Positions 58,640 through 64,000 of a stretch of DNA of 64,000 bases are shown here, piece after piece. The notes below the pieces were generated by a model, which saw only the letters and a program-made list of their open reading frames with translations, did no database searches and was not told the DNA's origin. The position numbers were made by a program, and so were the translations under genes. The stretch spans positions 339,326,001 to 339,390,000 of the forward strand of contig OZ024742.1 of the NCBI GenBank assembly GCA_964016885.1. The letters run 5' to 3'. The stretch is from Eledone cirrhosa. Its lineage: Eukaryota. Each line of letters starts with the position of its first letter. Positions within the stretch are counted from its first letter, which is position 1.

Positions 58640-58989
58640 TTTTAATTTTGCGAAAGCACTATACGTATTTCAATGGCTCAGTTTCATCAGCCGATCATGA
58701 TACGAGACTGAGGCGATTTCATCAAGTTCAGATTGCAAAATTAGTTATATAAGATAACAGGCGAACACAAACAGAGAATAGAAGATAGATTTGATTCAGG
58801 GATGCCTCCCCAATTCGGTGTTATTGTAACGGCAAACCAACCCTGAATTTTGGATTCGCCGTAATCCTTTTATCTTATATATCTAATTTAGCAACCCAAA
58901 TTTGATGAAATCGCCTAAGTCATGCATCATAATCGGCTGACACGAAACTGGGCCATTGAAATACGTATATTGTTTTCGCAAAATTAAAA
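58640..58989. mobile_element. Old fold-back element with two HHR-like motifs (arms 58640-58757 / 58870-58989)
   Basis: Diverged arms plus inner pairings ggcgaa/ttcgcc and attcaggg/ccctgaat; TTGATGA-long stem II-GAAAT-acgt-ATA in both arms. Confidence 0.65.
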
Positions 58990-59033
58990 CTATAAGAATG
59001 TTTTAATTCCGGCTTTCTGTCGTTTTTAATTGG

Positions 59034-59087
<54 letters not shown>

Positions 59088-59412
59088 CATATACTTGCAA
59101 ACAAATTAAAAAACGAAGTATATATATATATACTTCATTTTTGAATTTGTTTTACAAGATTTCTTATCTGAAAATGTGTGTTGAAACAGATATTGTAATA
59201 CTTTGGTCATGCTGCCATTAAAAAATACACTCATCTGTTAGCTTTCACTTCATTTTCACTAAGGAGGTCACAGAATGTGTGATGAAAGAGCTTTAACAAT
59301 ATATAAACAACCATCTGGTTATTGTACCAACCAACCGGAAATTTATAATAAATCGAAGTGAAAACCAGCAGAAGCCTTTGTTTTTAATGGCACCATGACC
59401 CTCCCAAAGTAT

Positions 59413-59590
59413 AATAATAATTGTTTCTACTTTAGGCACAAGGCCAGCAAATACCCAGTACATTACTGGTACTTTATTTTATCGACCCCGTAAGGATGAA
59501 AGGCAAAGTTAACCTCGGCGGAATTTGAACTCAGAATGGCAAGGGCCGTAACTCTATACGTCAAAACAGAGTCGCACGCCATGCTTTCAC
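59413..59590 (-). mobile_element. SINE copy 9
   Basis: SINE core, reverse strand. Confidence 0.85.
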
Positions 59591-59610
59591 ATATAGAGTG
59601 ACGTATAGAG

Positions 59611-59657
<47 letters not shown>

Positions 59658-59668
59658 CATAGATTTTG

Positions 59669-59831
<163 letters not shown>

Positions 59832-59832
59832 C

Positions 59833-59898
<66 letters not shown>

Positions 59899-60081
59899 TA
59901 GGTATAGGATTATCCAAGATGTAGTAATGGTTAATTACTACACTGGATATGGTTGACGTACGGTAAGAGGTTACTCTACGAGTTATGGAAGAATTGTTCG
60001 AGAAACTTAGTTCCTGATCCTTCAGTATTCCGGAGTGTATATAAAGAATGAATAATAACAGGTAGACATCATAAAAAGGTA

Positions 60082-60216
60082 ATTTATTCCGTGTGCTTAC
60101 AAGTGTTTCCACGGTGGTACTGCAGCCTAGTTATGCTACGTGCAAATTCACAAGTACTTGCAGAACTCGAATATCCAATGCTGTGACCACTGTTTCCTCA
60201 GAGCAGAATGGTAAAT
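60082..60216 (-). ncRNA. Type I hammerhead motif with long branched stem II
   Basis: Mirror of 63266-63400. Confidence 0.65.
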
Positions 60217-60698
60217 GTACAATGTAAATACCCTTAAGTGGGGTTGTTGGGGAAGATAGAGTAGAAAAGGAAGAGAGAAAAGTAGGGAAGAGGGAGAGAG
60301 AAAGAAAGATATGCAGGGGTTGGAGAAGTAGGAGAGAGTGCCTTGTAGATATCTTAATCAAAATGTTATGGTAGGGGTTTTATTATACTGGTTACTTTTG
60401 GAGAGATGCGTTGATAGTTAAGGTCGGAATTATTTATTGCCCCAGAGAGCAGGTTCATAGATGTTGAGAGGGAGGTAGGTCAAAGGTGAGAGAGAGAGAG
60501 TGTAATGGATGTAGAGAGAGATTGGTAGAGAGGGGACAGACAAAGTATGTGTGGTGAGTGAACTTTGGGTTTGTAGTAGTAATCTAGGAATTGCACTGAG
60601 TTACCATGTATAGTGATAAACAGTGTATTGTCTTGTAGTGTGGGGGCGAAGAGAAGGTTGTTAGCTAGAAAGTGGTGTTATAGTTACGGGTTCGAATG

Positions 60699-61432
60699 TT
60701 AAGTTATTTTATAGTGAGAGAATTTAGCTTTTAGTTTGTGGTTGCAGTATAATGATCGTTCAATTCTATCGTTAAGTAGTTTGTTTTTGGATTTTAATAT
60801 GTAAAATAGCTCAAGGTTACATAACCTGCAGTACTTCAATCCACTCCGATATGCACTTGCGCTGGAAAGTATATCCCATTTTAAGATGAACTGTTGGTTG
60901 TGTTCACGGAGTTGCCAGGTCTTGTTGGCGAGCGTGGTCACAAAACGGTGATTCGGATGTTTGATTGAGAATCGATGACGGTACCAGCGAGATTTAAATG
61001 ATGTGGTGGTAGATCCGATATAATACCATTTCTGGTCGTTCGATTCAACCGTGCATTGGTAAACAATGTTGGACTTTAGGCATTCATTCTTCAATGGACA
61101 TCTTTCAGGTAGATGGCAGTTACATTCTTTGTTGTGGGTAGCGGGTATACCATGGATAGGTTGTGATAGCGGTACAGGTGGGTTGTGTAATACCCGTCTC
61201 CCATTTAGTGGTTGGGAGGCAGATATTGCGTTCTGCCCATCTGTTACTAAAATGTTTTGTTTTGTAGAGTTGTTTAATTGCCTTAAGTTAAGTTTTTTTA
61301 TGTATGCTTCAAGGTTTGGTGCCGTGGAGTATGATAGTCTAATAGTTCGGTATTTAAATTAAGAGTTACGTCCAGAAAGTTTACTACTTTAAGATTGTAT
61401 TCGTATGTTATTTTTAGACCCAGTTCACTAAA
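60699..61432 (-). pseudogene. PLE ORF fragment: RT end piece joined to linker + GIY-YIG
   Basis: FSELGLKITYEYNLKVVNFLDVTLNLNT | IRLSYS..CNC..CPL..CL..IVYQC..YIGST..FKSRW..H..C.LC..E..LLN..C.H. Confidence 0.88.
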
Positions 61433-61528
61433 AGTGTAGTAATTAACCATTACTACATCTTGGATAATCCTATACCTAATAATCGCCTCCTACACAGTTG
61501 AGCAACCACACCGACACACGGCATTAAT

Positions 61529-62785
61529 ATGGAAAGGCATCATATAGGTATGTCACTTAAAAACATACCTATACCTAACAAAAGGGAATATATTCTTAGT
61601 ATGATTACAATCTTAAAGTAGTAAACTTTCTGGACGTAACTCTTAATTTAAATACCGGACAGATACGACCCTTCCACAAGGTAAATGAGAACCTTACGTA
61701 TATTAACTTTAACTCTAACCACCCACTCTCCATGATCAAATCAGTTCCCCGGAGTATTTCTCTTAGAATCTCTCGCCTATCGTCTAACTCCGATATTTTT
61801 AGTGAACACGCTGAATACTACAATAATACATTAGGGAATGCTGACCACCGGGATACAATAGAATACATCGATAGGAATTTCCATAACACACATAGCTCTA
61901 CACGAAATCAAGGAATACGTAACCGGGGGACTAAAACACAAGCACACACACACAGTACTACCAGACATACTAATAATAGAAGATCACCACCAAATAAATC
62001 ACGTTGTAGAAAGTATATCTGGTACAATCCTATTTTTAATGCCTCGATTAGTACAAAACTATCTCTTTCATTCTTTAAGTTAATCAACAAACACTTCCCT
62101 AGTTCCCATAAATACAGCAAAATTCTGAACTCTAAAACTATTAGACTATCATACTCCACGGCACCAAACCTTGAAGCATACATAAAAAAAACTTAACTTA
62201 AGGCAATTAAACAACTCTACAAAACAAAACATTTTAGTAACAGATGGGCAGAACGCAATATCTGCCTCCCAACCACTAAATGGGAGACGGGTATTACACA
62301 ACCCACCTGTACCGCTATCACAACCTATCCATGGTATACCCGCTACCCACAACAAAGAATGTAACTGCCATCTACCTGAAAGATGTCCATTGAAGAATGA
62401 ATGCCTAAAGTCCAACATTGTTTACCAATGCACGGTTGAATCGAACGACCAGAAATGGTATTATATCGGATCTACCACCACATCATTTAAATCTCGCTGG
62501 TACCGTCATCGATTCTCAATCAAACATCCGAATCACCGTTTTGTGACCACGCTCGCCAACAAGACCTGGCAACTCCGTGAACACAACCAACAGTTCACCT
62601 TAAAATGGGATATACTTTCCAGCGCAAGTGCATATTGGAGTGGATTGAAGTACTGCAGGTTATGTAACCTTGAGCTCTTTTACATATTAAAATCCCAAAA
62701 CAAACTACTTAACGATAGAATTGAACGATCATTATACTGCAACCACAAACTAAAAGCTAAATTCTCTCACTATAAAATAACTTAA
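61529..62785 (+). pseudogene. PLE ORF with most of the RT deleted
   Basis: MERHHIGMSLKNIPIPNKREYILSMI fused at ~61607 to NLKVVNFLDVTL..SNHP..RISRLSS..IWYNP..IRLSYS; A8 frameshift at ~62190; then GIY-YIG. Confidence 0.88.
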
Positions 62786-63265
62786 CATTCGAACCCGTAA
62801 CTATAACACCACTTTCTAGCTAACAACCTTCTCTTCCCCCCACATACAAGACAATACACTGTTTATCACTATACATGGTAACTCAGTGCAATTCCTAGAT
62901 TACTACTACAAACCCAAAGTTCACTCACCACACATACTTTGTCTGTCCCCTCTCTACCTATCTCTCTCTACATCCATTACACACTCTCTCTCTCACCTTT
63001 GACCTACCTCCCTCTCAACATCTATGAACCTGCTCTCTGGGGCAATAAATAATTCCGACCTTAACTATCAACGCATCTCTCCAAAAGTAACCAGTATAAT
63101 AAAACCCCTACCATAACATTTTGATTAAGATATCTACAAGCCACTCTCTCCTACTTCTCCAACCCCTGCATATCTTTCTTTCTCTCTCCCTCTTCCCTAC
63201 TTTTCTCTCTTCCTTTTCTACTCCATCTTCCCCAACAACCCCACTTAAGGGTATTTACATTGTAC

Positions 63266-63400
63266 ATTTACCATCCTGCTCTGAGGAAACAGTGGTCACA
63301 GCATTGGATATTCGAGTTCTGCAAGTACTTGTGAATTTGCACGTAGCATAACTAGGCTGCAGTACCACCGTGGAAACACTTGTAAGCACACGGAATAAAT
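63266..63400 (+). ncRNA. Type I hammerhead motif with long branched stem II
   Basis: tgct-CTGAGGA(63281)-a-acagtggt...accaccgt-g-GAAAC-actt-GTA(63382-63384)-agca; distal attta/taaat. Confidence 0.65.
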
Positions 63401-63438
63401 TACCTTTTTATGATGTCTACCTGTTATTATTCATTCTT

Positions 63439-63460
63439 TATATATATATATATATATATG

Positions 63461-63503
<43 letters not shown>

Positions 63504-63505
63504 AT

Positions 63506-63572
<67 letters not shown>

Positions 63573-63578
63573 CATATA

Positions 63579-63622
<44 letters not shown>

Positions 63623-63649
63623 TACATACATATATATATACATGCATAC

Positions 63650-63700
<51 letters not shown>

Positions 63701-63703
63701 CAT

Positions 63704-63762
<59 letters not shown>

Positions 63763-63768
63763 CATATA

Positions 63769-63808
<40 letters not shown>

Positions 63809-63814
63809 CATATA

Positions 63815-63845
<31 letters not shown>
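63439..63845. repeat. Compound (TA)n/(TACA) microsatellite
   Basis: Direct observation. Confidence 0.95.
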
Positions 63846-63852
<7 letters not shown>

Positions 63853-64000
63853 AAGAATCAAAGAACAGTTCAAAACATTATTGTGCTTACAGCTGTTTCC
63901 TCCAAACCGAGGTTTGGATTCTTCGGAGCAATTTATTAATGCATGGACAGTTATATGACCTCCTTTTCAGCCGAGAGATATACCAATACATATTCAAACA

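Larger units (their letters stand above)
59899..63442. mobile_element. Penelope-like element, inverted duplication (arms ~60039-61347 / 62136-63442) inside (TA)n
   Basis: ~1.3-kb near-identical arms with GIY-YIG, 3' UTR and HHR; centre holds a pLTR end, the ORF start and RT C-terminal pieces. Confidence 0.93.

Noticed and set aside
60131-60361. 76-aa ORF conserved in both PLE arms (also 63121-63351)
   Set aside because: Non-ATG start in a pyrimidine-rich 3' UTR; conservation reflects the recent duplication.

Overview
Eukaryotic, repeat-saturated window with no recognisable host gene. It is probably from an octopod cephalopod, an inference from the tRNA-headed, MetaSINE-like family present in about 9 copies. 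Contents: (TA)n/(CA)n microsatellites; a ~27 kb array of a 22-bp C/A-rich satellite (11947-39186) with higher-order structure; three head-to-tail Tx1-like (L1 clade) LINE copies (43691-54867), two of them followed by (TATC)n; two Penelope-like (PLE) GIY-YIG elements arranged as inverted duplications; RTE and Helitron remnants. Main observation: at least seven fold-back elements from apparently different sequence families carry type I hammerhead ribozyme (HHR) motifs in their arms. All point outward (left arm on -, right arm on +), and most sit next to (TA)n. Two contain PLE coding sequence and five appear non-coding. Several cores are non-canonical: U3-A8, U3-G8, A10.1-G11.1 in two families, and very long stem II. 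All HHR folds were made by eye; activity is untested. Most ORFs in the supplied track are microsatellite or satellite artefacts.
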